From positions 1 to 26,486 of the forward strand of contig JACPCX010000095.1 of the NCBI GenBank assembly GCA_016184305.1: 26,486 nt of DNA, in the 5' to 3' direction. Within the stretch, counting starts at the first letter, position 1, and each line of letters begins with the position of its first letter. This DNA is from Candidatus Rokuibacteriota bacterium (GTDB taxonomy: Bacteria > Methylomirabilota > Methylomirabilia > Rokubacteriales > CSP1-6). A model generated the notes under the pieces. That model had not been told where the DNA came from. It searched no databases and was given only the letters and a program-made list of their open reading frames with translations. Positions 16,955 through 25,269 of the stretch are shown here, piece after piece. A program made the position numbers and the translations under genes.

Positions 16955-16981
16955 GGCGTTCCATTATAATGGAGCGCCATG
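16952..16981. promoter_or_regulatory. 30-bp palindrome: candidate bidirectional -10 promoter/operator
   Basis: catggcgttccATTATAATggagcgccatg is self-complementary except one pair. TATAAT lies on + (16965-16970) and - (16963-16968), each 8 nt before an ATG. Confidence 0.75.
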
Positions 16982-17710
16982 CGACGCTCACGGCCGCTCC
17001 GGGCCATCATCTTCGACGCGGGCAACACGCTCGTGCGGATGAACTATGGCGCCATCGTGGAGCAGCTGCGGGCGCTTGGACGGTCCGTGAGCCCTGCAGC
17101 CGTGGAAGAGGCCGAGCTGCGCGCGCGCGTGCGGCTCGACGGTCACCTGGGGCCGGGGGCGCGCCCCGACAGCGGCACGATGGAGCGCGCCTCCACCGAG
17201 AGCCGGACCACTCACGGCCGCTATCTCCGCTACATCCTCGAGCCCCTCGGGATCACCGGCGAGCCGGAGATCGAGGAGATCGCGCGGTGGCGGCGGGGCT
17301 ACAACCTGCCGGTGGGGCTCTGGAACGTGGCCGATCCGGGCGCCGAGGCTGCGCTCCGGCGCGTCAAGGCGGCGGGGCTCGTGGCGGGCGTCATCTCCAA
17401 CTCCAACGGGTCGGTGCGCTCGATCCTCGAGGCGACGGGGCTTGCCGCGCACCTCGATTTCATCATCGACTCGGCCGTGGTGGGGGTGGAGAAGCCCGAT
17501 CCGCGCATCTTCCGCATCGCTCTCGCCGAGGCCGGCGTCGCGCCGGACGAGGCCGTCTATGTGGGCGACCTCTACTCCGTGGATGTGCTGGGGGCGCGCG
17601 GCGTGGAGATGGCGGCCGTGCTTCTCGATCCGCGCGGCTTCTGGGGCGAGCGCGACTGCCCGCTCGTCCCTGACCTCGCAGCCGCCGTCCACCTGAGCCT
17701 GGACGCCTAG
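16979..17710 (+). CDS. HAD-superfamily hydrolase (subfamily IA)
   Basis: IIFDAGNTL, VISNS, EKPDPRIF, YVGD.YSVDV.GA. Confidence 0.92.
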   Translation: MRRSRPLRAIIFDAGNTLVRMNYGAIVEQLRALGRSVSPAAVEEAELRARVRLDGHLGPGARPDSGTMERASTESRTTHGRYLRYILEPLGITGEPEIEEIARWRRGYNLPVGLWNVADPGAEAALRRVKAAGLVAGVISNSNGSVRSILEATGLAAHLDFIIDSAVVGVEKPDPRIFRIALAEAGVAPDEAVYVGDLYSVDVLGARGVEMAAVLLDPRGFWGERDCPLVPDLAAAVHLSLDA

Positions 17711-17818
17711 CAGGCTGCTGAAAAAGGCCCATCTGCTTCGTTGGCGCCCTCGGCCGCACGCTCAACGTACAGAGAGTACGCCTCGCGTGCGGCCGTCGGG
17801 CGCTCAGCAGCCTGCTAG
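17707..17818. mobile_element. MITE-like CTAG-bounded element B
   Basis: Perfect 15-bp inverted ends ctagcaggctgctga / tcagcagcctgctag and an internal hairpin at 17751-17795; the left CTAG contains the HAD stop codon. Confidence 0.8.
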
Positions 17819-17920
17819 GGCGCCTGACGCTCCGACCCGCTCCCGTCGCGGGGAATTGCCACTTCACCGGATTCGGGCCGGGGAGGATGTGATACACCTT
17901 GGCCCCAGGAGGTGCTCCCG

Positions 17921-18868
17921 ATGCCTGTCGAATTCGGCGTCCTGCTCCCCACCCGCGAGGCCATCATGTCCGGCCGGCCTGAGACCGCCCCCATGCTGGC
18001 CATGGCCGACCGCGCCGAGGCCGCCGGCTTCGACTCCGTGTGGATCGGCGACTCGCTCACCGCGCGGCCGCGCCACGAGCCCTTGACGCTGCTGGCCGCC
18101 GTCGCCGGCCGCACGCGGCGGTTGCGCCTGGGCACCGCCGTGCTCCTGCCCGCCCTGCGCAGCCCCGTCGGCCTCGCCCAGGTCGTGGGCACCCTCGACC
18201 GCGTCGCCGAGGGCCGGGTGATCCTCGGCGTCGGCATCGCCGCCGACACCCCGCCCATCCGTCGGGAGTTCGCCCACGCCGGGTTGCCCTTCGAGCGCCG
18301 CGTGGGGCGTTTCCTCGAGATGCTCGAGATCTGCCGCGCGCTCTGGAGCCGCGATCACGTGAGCTTCAGCGGCAAGCACTTCACGCTGGAAGACGCCACC
18401 GTCGAGCCCAAGCCCCACCGCCCCGGCGGCCCGCCCATCTGGATCGGCGGCAGCGGGCCCACCGCGCTCCGCGAGGCCCCCCGCTTCGACGCCTGGTTCC
18501 CCACCGGCCCCAGCGCCGAGTTCTTCGCCGAGCACTTCCCGAAGATCCAGGCCGCCGCCCGCGCCGCCGGCCGCCCGCCCGACGCCGTCACCGGCGCGGC
18601 CTACGTGACGCTGGCCCTTCACCCGAACCGCGCCGCCGCCGAGCAGCGCCTGCACGGCTTCTTCGAGAGCTACTACGCGGCGCCCGCCCCCGCCATCATG
18701 GCCCGCCAGGCCAGCTATGCCGGCCCCATCGAGGGCTGCGTCGAGTGGCTCCAGCGCTGGATCGACGCCGGCTGCCGTCACCTCATGTTCCGCTTCGCCG
18801 GCGGCGACCAGCTCGCCCAGGTGGACGAGGCGGCGTCGAAGCTCTTGCCGCGGCTCAAGGGCCGGTGA
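17921..18868 (+). CDS. LLM-class flavin-dependent oxidoreductase, 315 aa
   Basis: AGGAGGT RBS; AEAAGFDSVWIGD, LRLGTAV, GRVILGVG, PKP...PPIWIGG. Confidence 0.92.
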   Translation: MPVEFGVLLPTREAIMSGRPETAPMLAMADRAEAAGFDSVWIGDSLTARPRHEPLTLLAAVAGRTRRLRLGTAVLLPALRSPVGLAQVVGTLDRVAEGRVILGVGIAADTPPIRREFAHAGLPFERRVGRFLEMLEICRALWSRDHVSFSGKHFTLEDATVEPKPHRPGGPPIWIGGSGPTALREAPRFDAWFPTGPSAEFFAEHFPKIQAAARAAGRPPDAVTGAAYVTLALHPNRAAAEQRLHGFFESYYAAPAPAIMARQASYAGPIEGCVEWLQRWIDAGCRHLMFRFAGGDQLAQVDEAASKLLPRLKGR

Positions 18869-19069
18869 AAGATCGCGAGGCGCTACGCGTGGTCGCCGAG
18901 GAGTGAATCCGCGCCGCGCTCTCACGGGTCTCGCGGGGGAGTACGGGCCCGAGCATCCTAATCGTCGCGCGCGCCTTTCCCGACCTCGGGTACCGCCTTC
19001 TCAACACCCTGGAGGTCCAGGTGCGCATCCTCCGTGCGCTCCAGCAGCCCGAGCGGGCCGCTGCCGTAG

Positions 19070-19366
19070 CAGCCGGTCCGCAGCGACATCGGCAAGGCCC
19101 TTCATGCCGCGCAGCAAGGCGATACCGATCCGGCGGCCAAGCCGCTGAAGGGCTTCGGGGGAGCCCGCGTCCTGGAGATCGTCGACCGGCACGACACGAA
19201 CACATACCGCGCGGTGTACACCACGCAGTTCGCCGGCACGATCTACGTCCTTCACGCGTTCCAGAAGAAATCGAAGAAGGGCATAGCGACGCCGCTGAAG
19301 GACATCGACTTGATCCGCCGCCGGCTTGCAGAAGCTGGTCGGCGTCACAGAGAAAGGCAGAAGTGA
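19070..19366 (+). pseudogene. RelE/HigB-like (Gp49/DUF891-type) toxin lacking its N-terminus
   Basis: PVRSDIGKALHAAQQG...KPLKGFGGARVLEIVDRHDTNTYRAVYT..F...IYVLHAFQKKSKKGIATP; in-frame TAG at 19067-19069 and no start codon. Confidence 0.85.
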
Positions 19367-19368
19367 CC

Positions 19369-19698
19369 ATGAAGAAGAAAGACAGGATTCCGTTTGAAGA
19401 AGGCAGCGGCAACGTCTTTGCCGATCTCGACCTGCCCCATCCGGAGCAGGAGCTTCTGAAAGCGCGCCTGACGCTCCAGATCTACCGGCTGATCAAAGCA
19501 CGCGGCCTTACCCAGACACAGGCTGGTGAAATCCTCGGGATCAAGCAGCCGCACGTCTCCGCGCTGATGCGCAACCGTTCCGGCACCTTTTCCGTCGAGC
19601 GCCTGATGCAGTTCCTCACCGCCCTTGGCCAGGACGTTGAGATCACCGTGCGCCCGACCAGGAAGGAGCACGGCGAACTCTCCGTGGTGGTGCGGTGA
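19369..19698 (+). CDS. XRE-family HTH antitoxin (HigA-like), 109 aa
   Basis: GSGNVFADL, LTQTQAGEILGIKQPHVSAL, FSVERL..FL.ALGQDVEI; directly follows the toxin. Confidence 0.9.
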   Translation: MKKKDRIPFEEGSGNVFADLDLPHPEQELLKARLTLQIYRLIKARGLTQTQAGEILGIKQPHVSALMRNRSGTFSVERLMQFLTALGQDVEITVRPTRKEHGELSVVVR

Positions 19699-19809
19699 GA
19701 CTGGATGCATGAATCCGTGTCAGCAATGATGAGCCATGATCGGAAGAACGGGGCCACTGGCCCCCGTGTCGCGGAGGCGGGCTGATGAAGTCAGCACGGA
19801 ATTCTCGGC

Positions 19810-19893
19810 ATGGACCGGGACTTCGGCCTCATCCACGTGCGGCTGCAGACATGGTTTCCGATGCCGTTGCAGGTCTACGTCAACGGCCATGAG
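19810..19893 (+). mobile_element. Short fragment of a putative transposase-like protein
   Basis: MDRDFGLIHVRLQTWFPMPLQVYVNGHE resembles the 'D.EFG..HVR.QTWFP..IQ.Y.NGHEW' block I recall from an uncharacterised mobile-element-like protein family. Confidence 0.45.
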
Positions 19894-19927
19894 GTGTGGG
19901 AGGGGCGTCCAGCAAGGCAAAACTGCG

Positions 19928-20503
19928 TTACGGAAGCAGATCGTCGACGGCGACGCGGCTGCCCGGCGCTGCCAGTGGCATGACGGCCTCGCCCCGTCGC
20001 AACACCTGCGTCTCGGCGTAGGCCCAGCCGAAGCGCGACAGCGTCGAGGCCGTGGGGCGACGGTACACCTCCAGCACCGCGTCCAGCAGGTTCACGATCC
20101 AGTACTCGTGCACCCCGGCACGGGCGTAGAGGCCGCCTTTCCGGCGGTCGGACGCCAGGGTCGAGCCGGAAATCTCGACGAGCAACGCCGGCCGCGCCGG
20201 ATGCGCCGCGCCGTAGTCGCGGTACGAGCCGGGAACGACGGCGACGTCGGGCTCCGGCTCCGAGTCGTCGTCCAGCGCCACCGGAAGCTGCGGGCGCACG
20301 TCCCAGCCCGGCCCGAACGCTTGGCGGAGGGCCTCCTGGACGGCGCGCACGGCGGTGGCGTGGGGAGCGTTCTGGGGCTCGCGGACCACGAGGAGACCGT
20401 CGAGCAGCTCCAGCCGCTCCCCCGGCTTGAACACCCCGAGGTCCACGAGCCGCTCGTACTCGACGCGACTCCAGCGACGGGATCGCACGATGGGCGTGGT
20501 CAT
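19928..20503 (-). CDS. Uma2 (DUF820) family PD-(D/E)XK endonuclease-like protein
   Basis: WSRVEYERL, ELLDG, SEPEPDVAVV, LLVEIS.STL..DR.K..LYARAGV.EYWIVNL. Confidence 0.93.
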   Translation of the reverse strand: MTTPIVRSRRWSRVEYERLVDLGVFKPGERLELLDGLLVVREPQNAPHATAVRAVQEALRQAFGPGWDVRPQLPVALDDDSEPEPDVAVVPGSYRDYGAAHPARPALLVEISGSTLASDRRKGGLYARAGVHEYWIVNLLDAVLEVYRRPTASTLSRFGWAYAETQVLRRGEAVMPLAAPGSRVAVDDLLP

Positions 20504-20510
20504 CGCTCTG

Positions 20511-20539
20511 ATCCTAACCATCGCCTCTTGACCCGTCAA
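20511..20539 (-). promoter_or_regulatory. Sigma70-type promoter for the left Uma2 gene (probably leaderless)
   Basis: TTGACG-17 nt-TAGGAT, then 7 nt to ATG; no SD. Confidence 0.65.
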
Positions 20540-20624
20540 CGTCTCCTGGCGGAGACAGGCCTGCGCGGCCCGGCGTCTTCTCGTGGGAGCTCCGCCTGCC
20601 AGGCGGTGTATCCATCTCGCGGCA

Positions 20625-20654
20625 TTGACGCCGGCGGGGGCGGCGGCATACGGT
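20625..20654 (+). promoter_or_regulatory. Sigma70-type promoter for the right Uma2 gene (probably leaderless)
   Basis: TTGACG-18 nt-TACGGT, then 7 nt to ATG 20662. Confidence 0.5.
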
Positions 20655-20661
20655 GGGGGCG

Positions 20662-21237
20662 ATGAGACAGGCCCCGCTGACGCTGCGGCGCTGGACGCGA
20701 GCCGAGTACGACCGGCTCGTGGACCTCGGGGTGCTCCACGGGGAGCCGGTCGAGCTGATCGGGGGCCAGCTTGTCGTCGCCGAGCCCCAGGGCAGCTACC
20801 ACGCCACGGCCATCGGCGCCGTCGACGACGCGCTGCGAGCCGCCCTGCCGCCAGGCTGGGTGGTGAGGGCCCAGATGCCGGTGGCGCTCGACGACGAGTC
20901 CGAACCGGAGCCGGACGTGGCCGTGGTGCCGGGCAAGCGCGCCGACTACCGCGCAGACCACCCGGCCCGTCCCGCCCTCGTGGTCGAGGTGGCGGAGTCG
21001 AGCCTCGCCTTCGACCGCGAGGACAAGAGCAGTCTCTACGCGCGCGGGGGTGTCCACGACTACTGGATCGTCAACCTCGTCGAGCGGGTCCTGGAGGTGT
21101 ACCGCGACCCCGGGCCGGACCCGACGGCGCCCTATGGGTGGCGGTACCGGGCGGTGGAGCGGCTGGGCCCGGCGGCGGTTGTCTCGCCGCTCGCGCTGCC
21201 GTCCATGCGCCTCGCCGTGAGCGATCTCCTGCCGTAG
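20662..21237 (+). CDS. Uma2 (DUF820) family endonuclease-like protein, paralog 2
   Basis: WTRAEYDRL, ELIGG, SEPEPDVAVV, LVVEVAESSL.FDR.DK..LYAR.GV.DYWIVNL. Confidence 0.93.
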   Translation: MRQAPLTLRRWTRAEYDRLVDLGVLHGEPVELIGGQLVVAEPQGSYHATAIGAVDDALRAALPPGWVVRAQMPVALDDESEPEPDVAVVPGKRADYRADHPARPALVVEVAESSLAFDREDKSSLYARGGVHDYWIVNLVERVLEVYRDPGPDPTAPYGWRYRAVERLGPAAVVSPLALPSMRLAVSDLLP

Positions 21238-21354
21238 CTCTCCTCAGCGGATCGCCCGCAGCCGCCGGGAGGTGAGCAGGGCCAGCGCGTTGGCGGCCAC
21301 CAGGGCGCCGCCCGCCAGCACAGCGAAGCGGGCGTCCACGGCCTCCAGGAGCCG

Positions 21355-21384
21355 TTGACAGCGGCGCCCGCCCCGCTGTACTGT
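21355..21384 (+). promoter_or_regulatory. Sigma70-type promoter of trpB2
   Basis: TTGACA-18 nt-TACTGT; AGGAGGAGG SD before ATG 21440. Confidence 0.55.
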
Positions 21385-21439
21385 CAGGCACGCTTTTCTC
21401 TGAGTCCCACCCGCAAGTCGTATCCAGGAGGAGGCAGCG

Positions 21440-22732
21440 ATGGCCAAGCAGACGGATGACGCGACCACGAAGTACGTCCTGAGCGAGCAGGAGATGCCGA
21501 CGCGGTGGTACAACATCGCGGCCGATCTCAAGACGCCCCCCCCGCCGGTGATGCACCCCGGCACCGGGCAGCCCATCGGGCCCCAGGACCTGGCGCCGCT
21601 CTTCCCCATGGAGCTGATCAAGCAGGAGGTCAGCCAGGAGCGCTGGATCGACATCCCCGACGAGGTGCGGGACATCCTCCGGCTGTGGCGGCCGAGCCCC
21701 CTCTACCGCGCGCGTCGGCTCGAGAAGGCCCTCGACACCCCGGCGCGCATCTACTACAAGTACGAGGGCGTGAGCCCGGCCGGCAGCCACAAGCCCAACA
21801 CCGCCGTCGCCCAGGCCTACTACAACAAGCAGGAAGGCGTCTACATGGTGAAGGTGTCCTATCAGCAGAAGCCCTATCGCCGGGTGATGATGGAGACGTG
21901 GGGCGCCCAGGTCGTGCCGAGCCCGAGCCCGGACACCCAGGCCGGCAAGAAGATGCTCGAGGAGGATCCGAACTCCCCCGGCAGCCTCGGGATCGCCATC
22001 AGCGAGGCCGTGGAAGACGCCGCCACGCGCGAGGACACCAAGTACTCGCTGGGCAGCGTGCTCAACCACGTGCTCATGCACCAGAGCATCATCGGGCTCG
22101 AGGCCAAGAAGCAGCTCGAGAAGGCCGACGACGAGGCCGAGATCGTCATCGCCTGCGCGGGGGGCGGCTCCAACTTCGCCGGGCTGGCCTTCCCGTTCGT
22201 GGCCGACAAGCTGACCTCCAACAAGCAGACGCGCATCATCGCCGTCGAGCCGACCGCCTGCCCGAGCCTCACGAAGGGCAAGTACGTCTACGACTTCGGC
22301 GACACGGTGGGCATGACGCCGCTCGTGAAGATGCACACGCTCGGCCACACCTTCATCCCGGCGCCGCTGCACGCCGGCGGCCTGCGCTACCACGGGATGG
22401 CGCCGATGGTCTGCAAGCTCTACGACGAGAAGTACATCGAGGCGGTGGCGGTGCCCCAGCTCGCGACCTTCGAGGCCGCCATCCGGTTTGCGCGGAGCGA
22501 GGGCATCATCCCCGCGCCCGAGTCGGCGCACGCCATCCGCGTGGCCATCGACGAGGCGCTCCAATGCAAGAAGGCGGGCCGGGGCAAGACCATCCTGTTC
22601 AACCTCTCCGGCCACGGCGCCTTCGACCTCGGCGCCTACGAGGCGTATCTGGCCGGCAAGCTCCAGGACTACGAGTACCCGGCCGAGAAGGTGGAGGAGG
22701 CGCTGCGGCACCTGCCGCAGATCCAGGGGTAG
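21440..22732 (+). CDS. trpB2: TrpB-like PLP enzyme (TrpB2) with an apparent in-frame internal deletion
   Basis: [61 protein letters not shown]. The conserved TETGAGQWG segment is missing between KQEG and VYMVKVSY. Confidence 0.92.
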   Translation: MAKQTDDATTKYVLSEQEMPTRWYNIAADLKTPPPPVMHPGTGQPIGPQDLAPLFPMELIKQEVSQERWIDIPDEVRDILRLWRPSPLYRARRLEKALDTPARIYYKYEGVSPAGSHKPNTAVAQAYYNKQEGVYMVKVSYQQKPYRRVMMETWGAQVVPSPSPDTQAGKKMLEEDPNSPGSLGIAISEAVEDAATREDTKYSLGSVLNHVLMHQSIIGLEAKKQLEKADDEAEIVIACAGGGSNFAGLAFPFVADKLTSNKQTRIIAVEPTACPSLTKGKYVYDFGDTVGMTPLVKMHTLGHTFIPAPLHAGGLRYHGMAPMVCKLYDEKYIEAVAVPQLATFEAAIRFARSEGIIPAPESAHAIRVAIDEALQCKKAGRGKTILFNLSGHGAFDLGAYEAYLAGKLQDYEYPAEKVEEALRHLPQIQG

Positions 22733-22779
22733 TTCCCGGCGTCCGGGCGCCGGCTCACAGCGCGGTTCACAGCTGGTAC

Positions 22780-22878
22780 AACGTGCAGCTCAAGCTCAAC
22801 AAGGAGTTCGGCTTCCTCAAGTCCGACATCTGGGACAACCCGGAGCGGATCCGCCGGGAGTTCTTCCTCCGGGCCTGA
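22780..22878 (+). pseudogene. C-terminal remnant, probably of an ABC substrate-binding protein
   Basis: SWYNVQLKLNKEFGFLKSDIWDNPERIRREFFLRA* has strongly coding-like codon usage and lies 15 nt before a TauC-like permease; no start. Confidence 0.45.
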
Positions 22879-22893
22879 CGGGGTCCGGCGCGC

Positions 22894-23643
22894 GTGAGCG
22901 GTCAGACGAGGGACTGGGCGGGCCGCCTGCATCTGCCGACCGTCGGCGTGGCGGCCGCCGTTCTCGTCATCTGGTCGCTGCTGTCCTGGCGCTACGGCGA
23001 CTATGTCCTGCCGGCCCCGAGCGCTGTTGTCTCCGGCTTCGTCGAGATCGTCAAGAGCGGCGAGATCTGGACGCACACCGCCGCCTCGCTCGCCCGCATC
23101 CTGGTGGGCTTCGGCGGCGCCGTCCTCGTCGCGGTGTTCCTGGCGCTGCCGGCTTTCGTGTCCCGGCTGGCCCGCGGGGTGGTGCACGATCTTCTCGCCG
23201 TCCTCAACTCGACGTCGGTGTTCGTCTGGATCGTCATCTCGCTGATCTGGTTCGGTCTCAGCCACTGGGCGCCGATCTTCACGACCTTCATGATCACGCT
23301 CCCCGTGGTGGCCTCGAACCTGGTGGAGGGTGTGGCGAGCGTGGACCGGCGGCTTCTCGAGATGGGCGACGTCTACCGGCTCGACGGCCGGGAGAAGTTC
23401 ACGGCCATCGTGATCCCCTCGCCGCTGCCCTACCTGGTGGCGGGGATGAAGGTGGGGTTCGGGCTGGCGCTCAAGGTGTCCGTGGTGGCGGAGATCTTCG
23501 GCGTGACCTCCGGCATCGGCTACATCATGAACTACAGCCGCGAGATCCTCGCCACCCACATGGTGTTCGTGTGGGCGCTGGTGATGATCCTCAACACGAT
23601 GATCATGGAAGAGGTCCACAAACAGCAAGGAGACATCCGATGA
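22894..23643 (+). CDS. NitT/TauT (SsuC/TauC-like) ABC permease with a probably chimeric C-terminus
   Basis: LPAP..V, HTAASL.RI..GF, IWFG, EAA-like loop VDRRLLEMG..Y.L, V.AE.FG..SGIGY. The last TM breaks into NTMIMEEVHKQQ. Confidence 0.85.
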   Translation: MSGQTRDWAGRLHLPTVGVAAAVLVIWSLLSWRYGDYVLPAPSAVVSGFVEIVKSGEIWTHTAASLARILVGFGGAVLVAVFLALPAFVSRLARGVVHDLLAVLNSTSVFVWIVISLIWFGLSHWAPIFTTFMITLPVVASNLVEGVASVDRRLLEMGDVYRLDGREKFTAIVIPSPLPYLVAGMKVGFGLALKVSVVAEIFGVTSGIGYIMNYSREILATHMVFVWALVMILNTMIMEEVHKQQGDIR

Positions 23644-24632
23644 TCAAGCCCTACAGCGCCGTCGGCCTCATCCCCACCGTCCGCGGCATCCGCAAGCGGA
23701 CGGACATCAAGATCAACCTGGAGCACCTCTCGCATCTCGTGAAGGCCGCCTCCTGGCTGTCGAGCCTGGACCTGCCGGTGCGCCTCATCGCGTTCCCCGA
23801 GGGGGCGCTCCAGGGCTTCAACGACGAGGTGCTGGACCTCGACCACGCGACCTTTGCGCGCGAGGGGGCCATCGACATCCCCGGCGAGGAGACGGAGTTC
23901 CTCGGCGCGATCGCGAAGGAGTACGGCGCCTTCGTGATCGCGCAGGCCAAGGCGCGCCACCCGGACCTCAAGGACCGCTTCTTCAACGTGGGGTTCATCA
24001 TCAATCCGCGCGGCAAGGTGATCCTGCAGCACTACAAGGTCTCGCCGCTCTTCCCGGTGGAGCACTCCGTCTGCCCCCACGACGTCTACGACTGGTGGGT
24101 CGAGAAGTACGGGTCCTACCCGGAGAACGCCCGCGCGCTGGCGCTGAACGGCGCCGAGGTCGTCTACCGCGCCTCCTACCCGCACCCGGCCACGGGCAAC
24201 GAGATGTTCGAGATCCAGAGCCGGGCGCGGGCGCTGGACAACAACCTGTACATCGTGGCGCCCAACATGGGCACCTACTATCTCTTTCCGGAAGAGATGA
24301 CCCCCATCGACACCTTCGGCGGGCGGTCCTTCATCATCAACTACAAGGGCCAGATCGTCGGCCGGCAGGACTACGGCGCGGGCTCGACCTACGTGGGCGG
24401 CGTGGTCGACATCGAGGCGCTCCGCGATCACCGGGCGCGGGCCCAGTGGGACAACTGGATGAAGGACCTCCGGACCGAGCTCTACCAGCTCCTGTACGAG
24501 AAGCCGATCTACCCGAAGAACCTCTACCTCAAGCGCGCGCCCATGAAGCACAAGGAATACCGCGAGAAGGTCATCAAGCGGCAGATCCGCCTGATGCATG
24601 ACCGCGGCATCTGGGTCAAGCCGGCGCGGTAG
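23640..24632 (+). CDS. Nitrilase-superfamily carbon-nitrogen hydrolase with an apparent internal deletion
   Basis: LIAFPEG (catalytic Glu), FN..FIINP.G.VIL.HYK (catalytic Lys), PE.AR.LALNGAEV, RARALDN. The strand carrying the nucleophile is absent at KYG|SYPE. Confidence 0.85.
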   Translation: MIKPYSAVGLIPTVRGIRKRTDIKINLEHLSHLVKAASWLSSLDLPVRLIAFPEGALQGFNDEVLDLDHATFAREGAIDIPGEETEFLGAIAKEYGAFVIAQAKARHPDLKDRFFNVGFIINPRGKVILQHYKVSPLFPVEHSVCPHDVYDWWVEKYGSYPENARALALNGAEVVYRASYPHPATGNEMFEIQSRARALDNNLYIVAPNMGTYYLFPEEMTPIDTFGGRSFIINYKGQIVGRQDYGAGSTYVGGVVDIEALRDHRARAQWDNWMKDLRTELYQLLYEKPIYPKNLYLKRAPMKHKEYREKVIKRQIRLMHDRGIWVKPAR

Positions 24633-24715
24633 CAGGCGGCCTCGCGCTCGACGGCGCCGAGGAACGTGCTTGGCTGTCGTGCATTGACGGGGTGCGGAGC
24701 CCCTGCCCCGCGCGC

Positions 24716-24922
24716 TCAGACCGAGCCGAGGTCTTCCCGGCTGACGCCGAGTTGGTTGAGGACTGCGTGGAGCGTCCCGGTGGGAAGGTCACCGGGATGA
24801 TTCGGGATCACCGCCGATCTGTTCACCCTGGGATTGTGCCAGATCTCGTGGCTGCCCCTGGCCTGGCGCTTGAATACACATCCAAGCGCCCGAAGCTTCC
24901 GGGTGAGCTCGGCGTAGGTCAC
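24716..24922 (-). CDS. hicA: HicA-family toxin
   Basis: EL.RKL..LG....RQ.RGSHEIW......IP.H.GDL..GTL.A.L.QLG. Confidence 0.92.
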   Translation of the reverse strand: MTYAELTRKLRALGCVFKRQARGSHEIWHNPRVNRSAVIPNHPGDLPTGTLHAVLNQLGVSREDLGSV

Positions 24923-25164
24923 GCCGGGACGACAAGCGGGATGCGGGTCGGGACGGTCAGGGGATGCAGGCCCGGGGGCAGCGGCTGACCGGTTTCGAGC
25001 ATGACGGCGATGAGCTCGCGGGCGATATCGGGCGCCAGCTCGACGACCTCCTCCGGGCTCGCGCCCTGGACGATGAGGCCGGGGAGCTCGGGACTGGTCC
25101 CGAGGTACGGTCCCTCGTCAAGCCGCCGGATCTCCAATGTGATCTGGTACACTCTCGTCCTCAC
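24919..25164 (-). CDS. hicB: Short HicB-family antitoxin (no DNA-binding domain)
   Basis: EG.Y....PELPGL..QG.S.EE; GTGA overlap with hicA. Start may be GTG 25152. Confidence 0.85.
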   Translation of the reverse strand: MRTRVYQITLEIRRLDEGPYLGTSPELPGLIVQGASPEEVVELAPDIARELIAVMLETGQPLPPGLHPLTVPTRIPLVVPA

Positions 25165-25227
25165 TCCTGCCCGCCGACACCGGCGGACCCCTGCCTCACC
25201 GGCGCTTCTTAGAGTTACTTCCCAGCC

Positions 25228-25236
25228 ATTCTAGCA
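25228..25236 (-). promoter_or_regulatory. Extended -10 promoter for hicBA
   Basis: TGcTAGAAT about 65 nt upstream of hicB. Confidence 0.55.
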
Positions 25237-25269
25237 CCGACCTGTGTGCGAAGCGGGCCGGCTCCCGCT

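Noticed and set aside
21244..21350. Hydrophobic minus-strand tail LLEAVDARFAVLAGGALVAANALALLTSRRLRAIR, possibly an MFS C-terminus
   Set aside because: Too short to assign and has no start; may be another remnant.
22488..24632. 714-aa ORF as a fusion protein
   Set aside because: The N-terminal part is off-frame read-through over trpB2 and the permease; the real gene starts at ATG 23640. ORF-track extensions of the CDF, DUF192, ZnuA, PAP2, ACAD, thioredoxin and antitoxin genes are similarly spurious.
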